Of a stretch of 57,205 nucleotides of DNA, positions 27,514 to 37,166 are shown piece by piece; position 1 is the first letter of the stretch; every line of letters starts with the position of its first letter. Position numbers and translations under genes: made by a program. Below the pieces are notes generated by a model. That model did not search any database, was not told where the DNA came from, and was given only the letters and a program-made list of their open reading frames with translations. Source of the stretch: an uncultured Isosphaeraceae bacterium (GTDB taxonomy: Bacteria; Planctomycetota; Phycisphaerae; Phycisphaerales; SM1A02); NCBI GenBank assembly GCA_964610365.1, contig CAZSVT010000001.1, forward strand, positions 1 through 57,205, in the 5' to 3' direction.

Positions 27514-29397
27514 GTGCGCCGGTGGGTGATCTTCATCACGCTGCTCGCCCTCCTCGGTTGCGCGACGACGGTGCTCGTGGCGTGGGTTTCCGCCGGGGTG
27601 AGCGAGATCTGGTTTCGCGGCGACCCGGTCGTGTCGTGGAGTGTGCAGAGCAACGACACGGGAGCTCGCCTGACGACCACCGGCTGGATCCGCTGGTCCT
27701 ACGACTTCGGCGTCGCGTCGACGCACACCGGCATCGAGCCGGGGGAGGCCGGTGTTCTCGTCGTCGACCTGGATCCGACACCGCTCCGACCCGAAGATCT
27801 GCCGTTCTTGGATGGCGCTCGCGTTCCGTGCGAGGGCGACGAGGCCGTCAACCAGATGACGCACGGATGGCCGATGAGGTCGATGCGCGCGGTCGAGCGC
27901 TGGCGGTACACGAGCGGGAGCGATACGGGCCCCAGCGAGCCGATCCCGACCACCTGGGGCCTCGATCAAGGCATCCCGATCGTTCAGGTATCGCTCGGTC
28001 TCCTCGAGCGATCGCCGGTCTGGCCCGCTGAACGGCAGCTCCTGCATCTCGGCCCGTTCACGCTGGCTCAGGGTGTCGTCGCCCAACTGCCGCTCGCGCC
28101 GATCGCGTCCGGATTCCTCGTGGACGCGGCCGCGTTCGCCGGCGCGTGGGGCGTGCTCTTCGTCTCGCCATCGGCCCTGCGCGGGCTGCGACGATGGCGG
28201 CGACTCCGCCGCTCTCGATGCGCCTGGTGCGGCCATCAGCTCGGCGCCGGATCGTCGGCCAGGTGCCCCGAGTGCGGTCGCACGCGGCCCGCTCGTGCGC
28301 CGCAGCCATCGCGGCGGGTGTTCGCTCTGACCTCGGTGGTGCTGTCCCTCGTGCTCCTCGCCGACGGGGTGATGGCGTCGCTCCTTCATCTCCACGCGCG
28401 ATCGTTCGAGAGGCCGCTCGAGTCGGCGCTGCGTCGCGGCACCGTGGCCGAGGTGATCGCCGAGATCGACAGGATCCGCTTCGAGGCGGCCGGCAGGGAT
28501 TGCTCATATGGGTGGTGCGAGGAAGCGACTGCCCTGACATTGGCGGCCAGACTGGATCGGCTCGATCTGGTGAAGGCGATGATCGCCCACGGCATCGACC
28601 CCGTCGGCTCGCTCTACGGCAGCGATGACCCGCATCCGCTCGAGGAGGCGATTCGAGGCCGGGCCCGATCGACCATCGACGAACTGGTGCGCACGCTGCA
28701 GACGCTCGCGACATCCGGCGACGCGGCGAACGGTGCCGCGGTGGCGCTCTGCGGAGCGTTGAGAGTGGCCGCAGAGGAGTCGGATGCGGAGACGATCGAG
28801 CGCATCCTCGCCGACTCGCCCGCCGCTCGCGGCGAGGAGTGGTGGTGCTTTCCTGACACGAGCGGTTCCCTGCTGTTCCACGCGGCGCGCTCGCCCGATC
28901 CCCGCGTGCTCGAGACGCTCCTCGCCTGGTACCGGCGCTGCAGCGACTCGGAGGGGCGAATCCAGGGGAGGTCGCTCGCGACGATCGTCGAGCGATCGCG
29001 GGCGATGCCCGAGGCGGTGCGCTGGCGCCGGCAGGCCCCGCTTGCCATGCTGCTGGAGACCGGCGCGGAGATCGAGCCGGAGCGCCCGGCGAGCGCCACG
29101 GTGGCCGCGGTCCTGAGCGGAGACCTCACCATGCTGCGCCGCGTGCTCGACGCCGGCGCGGCGCCCGACGCCGACGACACCCCGACCATCACCATCGCCC
29201 TGGCGTTCCGACAGCCGGACATGGCGCGGATGCTCGTCGCCGCCGGCGCCGATCCGAATCGCGACCACCCGCTCCTGGGGCCTCCGCTCTGCGCCGCCGC
29301 ATCCCTCGAGCTGCCGCGTGAATACCTGCGGTTGCTCATCGAACTCGGTGCCGACGATCGCGGCTGCCCCGGGCGAGGAGAGATGAGTGTCGAGTGA
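27514..29397 (+). CDS. Hypothetical membrane protein with an internal zinc ribbon and C-terminal ankyrin-like repeats
   Basis: GTG 27514 gives (M)RRWVIFITLLALLGCATTVLVAWV. A second TM (FLVDAAAFAGAWGVLFV) is followed by RRWRRLRRSR-CAWCGHQL..RCPECG and a third TM. Helical repeats ending in ..LLIELGADD / ..MLVAAGADPN / ..MIAHGIDP are ankyrin-like. The start is uncertain; ATG 27433 would overlap the divergent cupin start. Confidence 0.5.
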   Translation: MRRWVIFITLLALLGCATTVLVAWVSAGVSEIWFRGDPVVSWSVQSNDTGARLTTTGWIRWSYDFGVASTHTGIEPGEAGVLVVDLDPTPLRPEDLPFLDGARVPCEGDEAVNQMTHGWPMRSMRAVERWRYTSGSDTGPSEPIPTTWGLDQGIPIVQVSLGLLERSPVWPAERQLLHLGPFTLAQGVVAQLPLAPIASGFLVDAAAFAGAWGVLFVSPSALRGLRRWRRLRRSRCAWCGHQLGAGSSARCPECGRTRPARAPQPSRRVFALTSVVLSLVLLADGVMASLLHLHARSFERPLESALRRGTVAEVIAEIDRIRFEAAGRDCSYGWCEEATALTLAARLDRLDLVKAMIAHGIDPVGSLYGSDDPHPLEEAIRGRARSTIDELVRTLQTLATSGDAANGAAVALCGALRVAAEESDAETIERILADSPAARGEEWWCFPDTSGSLLFHAARSPDPRVLETLLAWYRRCSDSEGRIQGRSLATIVERSRAMPEAVRWRRQAPLAMLLETGAEIEPERPASATVAAVLSGDLTMLRRVLDAGAAPDADDTPTITIALAFRQPDMARMLVAAGADPNRDHPLLGPPLCAAASLELPREYLRLLIELGADDRGCPGRGEMSVE

Positions 29398-29433
29398 GCA
29401 CGATGGTGCGCTCGATCGTGCGCCTGGCAGGTG

Positions 29434-29805
29434 TCAATCCCCGAGTGGCCAGGCGCTACATGCGGCTTCGAGCGAATCGGTCAGCGTTCGCAGATCCTGT
29501 GTCGCCGTCGACCAGAGCCGATCGTGATCGACTCCCCAGTACACATGAACGAGCACATGGCGCATCGCGACGATCTGTCCCCAAGGGATCTGCGGAACTC
29601 GCGATCGGCCTGCATCACTCATCCGGGCCGCGGCCTCGCCGATCTGTTGAACCGCGTTGGTCAGTGCCCGCAACAACATCGAGTCACGATCAAGATCCTG
29701 GCGCGTTCGACCTTCGACAAATCGACGCGCGTCCCGTGCGGCCTCGAGCATGTGCTCGAGCCGGATGCGATCGTCGATCTCGCGATGTTGCGGATCAGGC
29801 GGCAT
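29434..29805 (-). CDS. hepT: HepT-like (DUF86) RNase toxin of a type VII toxin-antitoxin pair
   Basis: The Rx4HxY motif is present (MRHVLVHVYW). The protein is 123 aa and lies downstream of, and overlapping, a minimal nucleotidyltransferase gene. Confidence 0.85.
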   Translation of the reverse strand: MPPDPQHREIDDRIRLEHMLEAARDARRFVEGRTRQDLDRDSMLLRALTNAVQQIGEAAARMSDAGRSRVPQIPWGQIVAMRHVLVHVYWGVDHDRLWSTATQDLRTLTDSLEAACSAWPLGD

Positions 29806-30097
29806 GCAGCAGCCGCGCCGCGCCGCGCACGCGGTCGCGGAAGTGGCGAGAGAGATCGAATGGCGTACGAAGATCGACTCGACGACCGAGGAGCTCGCCG
29901 AGCTCCAGGATCATCCCGCCGAAGCCGATCATGCCGGGCGTTCGCTCCGGCTCGAACTCCACCAGCATGTCGATGTCGCTGTCGGGCCTGAAATCGGCGC
30001 GCAGGATGCTTCCGTACACGGAGAGCCTCGCCACATGGTGGCGTCGACAGAAGTCGGCGATCGCAGCCTCGGGGAAGTTGACGCCGTTGATCAGCAC
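29795..30097 (-). CDS. mntA: MntA-like minimal nucleotidyltransferase antitoxin
   Basis: The GSx10DxD motif is present (YGSILRADFRPDSDIDMLV). The protein is 100 aa and overlaps hepT by 11 nt. Confidence 0.85.
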   Translation of the reverse strand: MLINGVNFPEAAIADFCRRHHVARLSVYGSILRADFRPDSDIDMLVEFEPERTPGMIGFGGMILELGELLGRRVDLRTPFDLSRHFRDRVRGAARLLHAA

Positions 30098-30185
30098 GTG
30101 GTCATTCTAGGGATGTCACGGAGGTGATCGATGATCGCGCGGTCACCGTCGATCGATCGCCGCCTCCGGCGTCCGTTGCATTGGA

Positions 30186-32969
30186 TCACCCCGCCTTGCG
30201 GAGTTCGCGCTGGGCGTCCGGGTGGACCTTGAGATCGAGCTGCTCGCCGGGGAGCAGGAGATCCTCCAGCGGCGTGCCGTTGGGCACCGGGGTCCGGCCG
30301 TCCAGGCGCGTGAGCTCGAGCGGCACGAAGCTCTTCATCTGCTCGGCCAGCGCCTTCTCCAGCCGCTTCTTGGTCGCCTCGTCCACCTTCGTCCACTGTT
30401 CCCGACCGCGGCACTTGGGGAAGCGCGAGCAGCCGAGCCACGGCCCGCGCTTGCCCTCGCGGAGATTGAGCGGCGCATCGCACTTGGGGCACTTCAGCTC
30501 GGTGAGCAGCGGGGGCGGCGCCGGGAACTTGAGCGTGCGCTTCTTCTTGTCGAGGTTCAGGATGAACTTGGTCTTCGGGTTCTCGCTGGTGAGGAAGTCG
30601 CCGAAGCGGCCGGTACGGAGCACCATGGGCGAGCCGTCCACCGGGCAGAGCAGGTCGATCTTCTGCGCCAACTGCGGCCGTCCCTCGCGGTCGATGGGGC
30701 AGGCGAACTCGCACTCCGGATACGCGGTGCAGGAGAGGAACCGGCCGTTCTTCCCGAAGCGGTACGCGGTGCGGCTGCCGCACTTCGGGCAGGCGTAGAT
30801 CGCGGGCACCAGCTCCGCCTTCGCGTGCGTCATGCGCTCGTCGGCGTGATCGAGCGCCTCGCGGAACGGGCCGTAGAAGTCCCGCAGCATCTTCTGCCAG
30901 GAGATGTGCTCGTCCTCGATCTGGTCGAGCTTCTTCTCCATCTCGCGCGTGTAGCCGACATCCATCAGCTCGGGGAATCCCTGCACCAGCTTGTCCGACA
31001 CCACCATGCCGCGATCGGTGGCGTGGAAGCGCCGATCCACCTGCTCGACATACTTCTGCCGCTCGATGGTGTTGATGATCGACGCGTAGGTGGACGGCCG
31101 GCCGATCCCTTCCTCCTCCAGCTTCTTGACGAGACTCGCCTCGGTGTAGCGCGGCGGGGGGCTGCTGAACTTCTGGATCGGCTCGATCGAGAAGGGCGCC
31201 AGCGCCGCGCCCTCCTTCAGCTCCGCCGGAAGCACCGGATCGTCGGCCGACTCCGGTTCGCCGAAGGCCTTGTAGAAGCCGTCGAAGGCGAGCTGCCGAC
31301 CGCTCGCCCTGAAGAGCGGCGCCTTCGCCGCCGGCGTCGGCGCCGCCGCATCGCTGCGCCGCAGCGTGATGCTCGTGGAGTCCCACTCGGCGTTGACCAT
31401 CTGGCAGGCCACGAAGCGGCGCCAGATGAGGTCGTAGAGCCTCCACTGCTCGTCGCTCAGCTTGCCGCGCAGCGACGCCGGCGTGCGCGTGACATCGGTG
31501 GGACGGATCGCCTCGTGCGCCTCCTGCGCCGCCTTGTTGCTCGAGCCGAAGAAGTTGGGCTTCTCCGGCAGGTACTTCGCGCCGAACGCCCGGCCGATGT
31601 GATCCCGCGCCATGCCGATCGCCTCGCCGGAGAGGTGGGTCGAGTCGGTGCGCATGTACGTGATGAGTCCCACCTGGCCCTCGCCCGCGATCGCCACGCC
31701 CTGGTAGAGCTGCTGCGCCAGCGCCATGGTGCGGTCGGTGTGGAAGCCCAGGACGCTGCTCGCGCCGATCTGCAGCGAGCTGGTGATGAACGGGGGATAC
31801 GGCCGGCTGGTGGTGCGCTTGCGGTCGATCGACTCGACGGTGTAGCGCACGCCGGGACCCACGCGGCCGCGCACCGTGCGGACGACCGAGGCGGGACCCT
31901 TGCCGGCGGGATCGAGCTTCGATTCGATCGCGATGTCGACGAGCCCCGCGGCCTCGGCGGCCCGGCGCACCGCCGGGGTCAGGTCCTTCGGGCCGTTCTT
32001 CCCGCCGGACTCCTCGGCCGTCGCGCCGAGTTCGAACTTGGCGCCATCGAGCTCCACGAGTTCGGCCTCCAGCGCCGCATGCTCCGAGAGCCACTTGAGC
32101 CGCGCCGCCCGGTTCGGCACTCGACCGCGCTCGTCCTGCGTCGCCTGGAACTGTTCCCACTGCGGGCCGAGCTGCGACGCGAGGTCGAGCTTGAAGGTCA
32201 TCTCCGCGTCGATCTCCCAGCGCTCGTCGGGAACGAACGCCCGGATCTCGCGCTCCCGCTCCACGATCAGCCGCAGCGCCACGCTCTGCACCCGGCCCGC
32301 GCTCGTCCCGCGGGCCACCTTCTTCCAGAGGAGCGGCGAGACCTGGTAGCCCACGATGCGGTCGAGGATGCGCCGCGCCTGCTGGGCGTTCACCTTGTCG
32401 ATGTCGATCCGGCGGGGATGCTCGAACGCGCGGCGGATCTCGTCCCGCGTGATCGCGTTGAAGACCACGCGCTTCGCCGACTCGGGCTTCACGCCCAGCA
32501 GCTCCGCCAGGTGCCACGCGATCGCCTCGCCCTCGCGATCGAGGTCGGTGGCGAACCAGACCTCGCTGGCGCTCTTCGCCGCCTTGCGCAGCTCGGTGGC
32601 GATCTTCTGCTTCTCGGGAAGCACCTCGTACTCGGGCTCGAAGTCGTTCTCGAGGTCGACGCCGGGAACCGGCTGCTTCGATCCCTTCGGCGCCTTGCCG
32701 GGCAGATCGCGGATGTGGCCGACCGACGCCTTCACCACGAAGTCGCCGCCGAGGTACTTGTTGATGGTCTTCGCCTTCGCCGGGCTCTCCACGATCACCA
32801 GCTTGCGGCCGGCGGAGGAGACGGCGTCCGTCCCGGAATCCGCGCCGTTCTCCACGGGAGTCCGAACCGGACGACGGCGCGACCGAGGCGCTTCGCCGAC
32901 GGGGGCACCGGGCGACTCGGCCCCCGGGGCGGAGGCGTCGGCCCTTGGTTGTTTTCTGCGAGCGGCCAT
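30186..32969 (-). CDS. topA: DNA topoisomerase I (type IA)
   Basis: The Toprim start is KLVIVESPAKAKTINKYLG and the active-site Tyr context is GLITYMRTDSTHLS. C-terminal zinc ribbons are CPKCGS..CTAYPEC and CPKCDA..CSRFPKC. Start is set at ATG 32969; a TTG at 33038 is possible. There is a ~55 aa basic low-complexity N-terminal extension. Confidence 0.95.
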   Translation of the reverse strand: MAARRKQPRADASAPGAESPGAPVGEAPRSRRRPVRTPVENGADSGTDAVSSAGRKLVIVESPAKAKTINKYLGGDFVVKASVGHIRDLPGKAPKGSKQPVPGVDLENDFEPEYEVLPEKQKIATELRKAAKSASEVWFATDLDREGEAIAWHLAELLGVKPESAKRVVFNAITRDEIRRAFEHPRRIDIDKVNAQQARRILDRIVGYQVSPLLWKKVARGTSAGRVQSVALRLIVEREREIRAFVPDERWEIDAEMTFKLDLASQLGPQWEQFQATQDERGRVPNRAARLKWLSEHAALEAELVELDGAKFELGATAEESGGKNGPKDLTPAVRRAAEAAGLVDIAIESKLDPAGKGPASVVRTVRGRVGPGVRYTVESIDRKRTTSRPYPPFITSSLQIGASSVLGFHTDRTMALAQQLYQGVAIAGEGQVGLITYMRTDSTHLSGEAIGMARDHIGRAFGAKYLPEKPNFFGSSNKAAQEAHEAIRPTDVTRTPASLRGKLSDEQWRLYDLIWRRFVACQMVNAEWDSTSITLRRSDAAAPTPAAKAPLFRASGRQLAFDGFYKAFGEPESADDPVLPAELKEGAALAPFSIEPIQKFSSPPPRYTEASLVKKLEEEGIGRPSTYASIINTIERQKYVEQVDRRFHATDRGMVVSDKLVQGFPELMDVGYTREMEKKLDQIEDEHISWQKMLRDFYGPFREALDHADERMTHAKAELVPAIYACPKCGSRTAYRFGKNGRFLSCTAYPECEFACPIDREGRPQLAQKIDLLCPVDGSPMVLRTGRFGDFLTSENPKTKFILNLDKKKRTLKFPAPPPLLTELKCPKCDAPLNLREGKRGPWLGCSRFPKCRGREQWTKVDEATKKRLEKALAEQMKSFVPLELTRLDGRTPVPNGTPLEDLLLPGEQLDLKVHPDAQRELRKAG

Positions 32970-33042
32970 CGAGGTCAGGGGGGCGGATTGAAGCGATCGG
33001 CCCGATCCGGCGTCAAGGTGAATCCTCCTGGAGGCCAATAAC

Positions 33043-33957
33043 CTACTGGGCGAGCGCGGCTGCCGCCAGGGCGTCAGGATCGAGGGTCCCGGGGATCCAT
33101 TTCGAGCCCTTCAGCAGCCTGAGTCGACGGAGCCAGGTCCTCTGCTGCTTCCCCAGGCGGCGGGAGCGGATCTTCGTCTGCTCGCCCGCCTCCTCCAGCG
33201 AAAGTTCGCCGGCCAGGTGCCGCGCGACCTCCCCATATCCCACCGCCGCGCCCGCCTGTCGCGTGAGCGGCCCGCGGGCGAGGAGCCCGCGCACCTCGTC
33301 CACCAGGCCGCCGGCGAACATCCTCCGCACGCGCTCGTTGATCCTGCGGTTGATCTCGTCCGTCTCCCACTCCAGCCCGATGAGCGAGGTCCCCTCGGGA
33401 AGCTCGATCGGCCGGTCGCTCCACTGCGTGCGGATCGCCGACGGCGCCCTGGCCGTGAGCCGATGCAGCTCCAGCGCTCGAAGCGTTCGCCGACGATCGT
33501 TCGCGTGGATCCTCGCCGCGGTCTCGGGGTCGATCGCCTCCAGCTGCCTCCGCGCCAGCTCCTGCGGAAGCGCCTCCAGTTCGTCCCGCAGCGCCGGATC
33601 CGCGGACGGCACTTCCGCGATTCCTTCGAGCAGCGACCGAACATAGAGGTTGGTCCCGCCCACCACCACCGCCGTGGCGGAGCGCCCATGGATCGCCTGG
33701 ATCGCCTCGCGGGCGCCTCGAAGCCACATCGCCAGCGTGAACTCACCCTGGTGCGGATCGGCGACATCGATCATGTGGTGCGGGATTCCCCGGCGCTCCT
33801 CCATGGAGGGCTTCGCGGTTCCCAGGTCCATGCCGCGATACACCTGCATCGAATCGGCGGAGACGATCTCCGCCCGGCCCAGTCGCTCGGCCAGCGCGAT
33901 CGCCATGGTGGTCTTGCCACCGGCCGTCGGTCCGACGATCACGAGGGTCCGTCCCAT
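33043..33957 (-). CDS. miaA: tRNA dimethylallyltransferase
   Basis: Supporting segments are MGRTLVIVGPTAGGKTTMAIALA (P-loop), SADSMQVYRGMDLGTAKP and IPHHMIDV. Confidence 0.95.
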   Translation of the reverse strand: MGRTLVIVGPTAGGKTTMAIALAERLGRAEIVSADSMQVYRGMDLGTAKPSMEERRGIPHHMIDVADPHQGEFTLAMWLRGAREAIQAIHGRSATAVVVGGTNLYVRSLLEGIAEVPSADPALRDELEALPQELARRQLEAIDPETAARIHANDRRRTLRALELHRLTARAPSAIRTQWSDRPIELPEGTSLIGLEWETDEINRRINERVRRMFAGGLVDEVRGLLARGPLTRQAGAAVGYGEVARHLAGELSLEEAGEQTKIRSRRLGKQQRTWLRRLRLLKGSKWIPGTLDPDALAAAALAQ

Positions 33958-33962
33958 CGCCG

Positions 33963-33968
33963 TATATT
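33963..33968 (+). promoter_or_regulatory. Candidate -10 element (TATATT) for pgk
   Basis: This AT-rich hexamer in ~70% GC DNA lies 19 nt upstream of the pgk GTG, with GGAGGA (33977-33982) between them. No convincing -35 was seen. Confidence 0.25.
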
Positions 33969-33986
33969 CCCCGCTCGGAGGATCCC

Positions 33987-35201
33987 GTGGCGAAACTGAC
34001 CATCGATCGCGTCGAGGTGGCGGGCAAACGAGTCTTCGTCCGCGCCGATTTCAACGTGCCGCTGGAGGGCGATCGGATCACCGACGATCGCCGCATCCGG
34101 CTCACCGTTCCCACGCTGGCGAGCGTGCTTTCCCGCGGCGGCTCCGTGGTGACCGCCAGCCACCTCGGCCGGCCCGAAGGCAAGGGATTCGAGGCCGAGT
34201 ACAGCGCCGCCCCGGTTCGCGCCCGGCTTGCGGAACTGCTCGGTGCCAAGGCGAAGGGCGGAGTGCGACTGGCGGGGAAGCTTCCCACCGATGCCGAGAG
34301 CGCCGCCGCCGCCGCCGCCCTGAAGCCGGGCGAGGTCCTTCTCCTGGAGAACCTCCGCTTCGAGAAGGGAGAGAAGAAGGGTGACGCCGCGTTCGCGGCG
34401 AAGCTCGCCTCCTTCGCGGACATCTACTGCAACGACGCCTTCGGCGCCAGCCATCGCACCGACGCCAGCATGCTGGCGCTCCCGCTGGCCATGAAGCCGA
34501 AGCCCTGCGTGGCGGGACTGCTGCTCGCCCGCGAACTGGCGTACCTCTCCGAGACGCTGCGGGCGCCGAAGAAGCCGTTCGTGGCGATCCTCGGCGGAGC
34601 GAAGGTGTCGGACAAGCTGCTCGCGCTGCGCAACCTCATCGGGCGCGTCGACTCGATCCTCGTGGGTGGAGCGATGGCCTACACCTTCCTGATGGCCCAG
34701 GGGCACTCCATGGGTCGAAGCCGAGTACAGGCGGACATGGTGGGGGAGGCGAAGTCGATCCTCGAGTTGGCCGGGGCCAAGGGCACGCGACTGCTCCTGC
34801 CGGTCGATCACGTCTGCGCCGCGGAGTTGGCCGCCGGCGCGGCCACCCGGACGGTGGCCGGCGACATTCCGGCCGACCTGATGGGGCTGGACATCGGACC
34901 CGCTTCGGAAGCCCTCTTCACGGCGGAGATCCGCGGCGCCGCCACGGTGGTCTGGAACGGCCCGATGGGCGTCTTCGAGACCCCGCCGTTCGATCGCGGG
35001 ACCGCGGCCGTGGCCCGAGCGCTGGCGGACGCCACCTCCCGAGGGGCCGTAACCGTCGCCGGCGGGGGCGACACCGCGGCGGCGGTGGATTCCATCGGGC
35101 TCGCCGGTTCGCTCAGCCACATCTCCACCGGCGGCGGAGCCAGCCTGGAGATGCTGGAGGGCAAGCACTTCGAGAGCCTCGATCCGCTGCTGGAGGGCTG
35201 A
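33987..35201 (+). CDS. pgk: Phosphoglycerate kinase
   Basis: A GTG start follows GGAGGA. Supporting segments are (M)AKLTIDRVEVAGKRVFVRADFNVPL, SHLGRP and GGGDTAAA. Confidence 0.97.
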   Translation: MAKLTIDRVEVAGKRVFVRADFNVPLEGDRITDDRRIRLTVPTLASVLSRGGSVVTASHLGRPEGKGFEAEYSAAPVRARLAELLGAKAKGGVRLAGKLPTDAESAAAAAALKPGEVLLLENLRFEKGEKKGDAAFAAKLASFADIYCNDAFGASHRTDASMLALPLAMKPKPCVAGLLLARELAYLSETLRAPKKPFVAILGGAKVSDKLLALRNLIGRVDSILVGGAMAYTFLMAQGHSMGRSRVQADMVGEAKSILELAGAKGTRLLLPVDHVCAAELAAGAATRTVAGDIPADLMGLDIGPASEALFTAEIRGAATVVWNGPMGVFETPPFDRGTAAVARALADATSRGAVTVAGGGDTAAAVDSIGLAGSLSHISTGGGASLEMLEGKHFESLDPLLEG

Positions 35202-35305
35202 CCCAGCAGATCGTGCGGGATCGCCTCTCCCACGATTGATCCCGAATCGCCGCTCGACCCGACCGGTATAGTGATCACACTTCCCGGGACTCGGAGAGAC
35301 ATGCC

Positions 35306-36397
35306 ATGAACACCGTGCTTTCGCGTATCGCCCTGATCGCCGCCGCCGCCTCGCTGGCCATCGGCTCCGTCGTGATGGGCAGCCCGCAGGAGAAGAGGAA
35401 CCTGGAGCCGGGCGACAAGGCCCCCGGGCTCGACACCATCTCCGACTGGGTGCAGGGCGAGAAGCCCGACCTGAACGACGGCGTGGTGGTGGTGGAGTTC
35501 TGGGCCACCTGGTGCGGGCCGTGCAAGCGCGCCATTCCCCATCTCAATCAGCTCTACAAGAAGTACAACCGCGCGGGGCTCCACATCGTGGGCGTCGCCG
35601 CCGACGAGAACACCGGCTCCTTCGAGCAGAACATCAAGGGCGTCAAGTCCTTCCTCAAGTCCAAGGGCGACGGCATGTCCTACGTGGTGGCCGTCGACAA
35701 TCTCGGCGACGCGAAGCGGCGCTGGATGGACAAGGCGGGACTCCAGGGCATCCCGGCCACCTTCGTCATCGGTCGCGGCGGCAAGGTCCTCTGGATCGGT
35801 CACCCCGCCGACCCGCGCTTCGAGGAGGTGGTCCTCCTGGCGCTGATGAACAAGTTCGATCCCATCCTCACGCCCAAGGCGTGGGAGACGCTGGAGGCGG
35901 CGAAGCGCGCCGCCGACCTGCGCAACTTCCGTGAGGCGTACCAGCAGATCGACGAGGCGGTGAAGATCGATCCGCCGCTCTTCGGCTGGCTCATCTCCGA
36001 GCGCTACCTGATCACGCTGGAGAAGGAGAAGAACGCCGCCGCCGCCAGGCAGTACCTCCGCGGCATCATGCCCGCCATCGCCGGCGATCCCTACTCGCTG
36101 CGCAAGGTGGTGGAGACGATCTGCAAGGATCCGCAGGTGAGCAGCCGCGACCTCGAGACGGCCATGGTCTTCGCCGAGCAGATGAAGCGCGCGAGCGGCA
36201 GCGATCCGGCCCCGGGCATGGCCATGATCGCCCTGGTGCACGCCACCAAGGGCGAGTTGGACAAGGCCGTGGAGGTTCAGACCGCGGCGTGGCTGGCCGC
36301 CAATCCCGGCGACAAGCCGGAGTTCAAGCGCGTGCTCGACGAGTACCAGGGCATCCGCACCCGCAAGGCGCAGACGAACGCGCTCGTCGGCGAGTGA
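35306..36397 (+). CDS. TlpA/ResA-like periplasmic thiol:disulfide oxidoreductase with a C-terminal helical (TPR-like) extension
   Basis: It has a signal peptide (MNTVLSRIALIAAAASLAIGSVV), the thioredoxin motif FWATWCGPCKRAIPHL, and then a ~180 aa helical tail. Confidence 0.75.
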   Translation: MNTVLSRIALIAAAASLAIGSVVMGSPQEKRNLEPGDKAPGLDTISDWVQGEKPDLNDGVVVVEFWATWCGPCKRAIPHLNQLYKKYNRAGLHIVGVAADENTGSFEQNIKGVKSFLKSKGDGMSYVVAVDNLGDAKRRWMDKAGLQGIPATFVIGRGGKVLWIGHPADPRFEEVVLLALMNKFDPILTPKAWETLEAAKRAADLRNFREAYQQIDEAVKIDPPLFGWLISERYLITLEKEKNAAAARQYLRGIMPAIAGDPYSLRKVVETICKDPQVSSRDLETAMVFAEQMKRASGSDPAPGMAMIALVHATKGELDKAVEVQTAAWLAANPGDKPEFKRVLDEYQGIRTRKAQTNALVGE

Positions 36398-37119
36398 CGG
36401 CCGCGTCCCGATCGCAACCCCAGGGCGCCGAGATCGCGGCTCCGCCGCGCGGCGCCCTCTTTCGTGCGCCACCGGCGCGGACGCTGGTCTCCGCGAGCAT
36501 CCTTTCCGCCGACTTCACGCGACTGGGCGAGGAGTGCCGCGCGGTGCTCGCCGCCGGCGCCGAGGCGATCCACGTGGACGTGATGGACGGCCACTTCGTG
36601 CCCAACCTCTCCATGGGACCGGTGGTCTGCGAGGCGGTGCGCCGCGCCGTCCCGTCGGCGTTCATCGACGTGCACCTGATGGTGGAGGAACCGTCCCGAT
36701 TCCTGGAGCCGTTCGCCCGTGCCGGCGCCGATCACTGCACCTTCCACCAGGAGGTCCGCGAGGATCACCCGCGCCTGGTCCGGGAGTGCCGCGCGCTGGG
36801 CATGAGCGTGGGCGCCGCGATCAATCCCGGCACGCCGAGCTCGGCGGTGGAGCCGCTGGCGGAGCTGGTGGACCTGGTGCTGGTGATGAGCGTGCACCCG
36901 GGATACTCGGGCCAGTCCTTCATCGCCGGTGTCCTGGACAAGGCGCGATCGTTGCGGGAGAAGTTCGGCTCGCGCCTCCGGCTGGAGATCGACGGCGGCG
37001 TCGCCCCGGGCAACGCGCGGGCCTGCGTGGCCGCCGGCATCGATGTGGTGGTCAGCGCCAGCGCCCTCTTCGGTTCCAGGGACTACGCGGGCACCATCGC
37101 GTCGCTGCGCGGAGGATGA
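36394..37119 (+). CDS. rpe: Ribulose-phosphate 3-epimerase
   Basis: Supporting segments are SILSADFTRLGEE, IHVDVMDGHFVPNLSMG, IDVHLMV and MSVHPGYSGQ. The only canonical in-frame start after the upstream gene is GTG 36394, which overlaps the upstream TGA (GTGA). This gives a ~30 aa N-terminal extension, so the start is uncertain. Confidence 0.88.
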   Translation: MTAASRSQPQGAEIAAPPRGALFRAPPARTLVSASILSADFTRLGEECRAVLAAGAEAIHVDVMDGHFVPNLSMGPVVCEAVRRAVPSAFIDVHLMVEEPSRFLEPFARAGADHCTFHQEVREDHPRLVRECRALGMSVGAAINPGTPSSAVEPLAELVDLVLVMSVHPGYSGQSFIAGVLDKARSLREKFGSRLRLEIDGGVAPGNARACVAAGIDVVVSASALFGSRDYAGTIASLRGG

Positions 37120-37166
37120 CGGCGACGCCGGCAGGTAGGATGCGGCCGCCGTGACGAGGATGCTCC

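Noticed and set aside
30222-33041. A 939 aa ORF on the + strand opposite topA. The same applies to 38135..41395 (-) opposite lnt, and to 49279..52482 (-), 51366..54443 (+) and 52561..55365 (-) around hrpA/ymdB.
   Set aside because: All are antisense or out-of-frame shadows of genes with unambiguous motifs. All have extreme Arg/Gly/Pro/Ala bias and no domain signatures.
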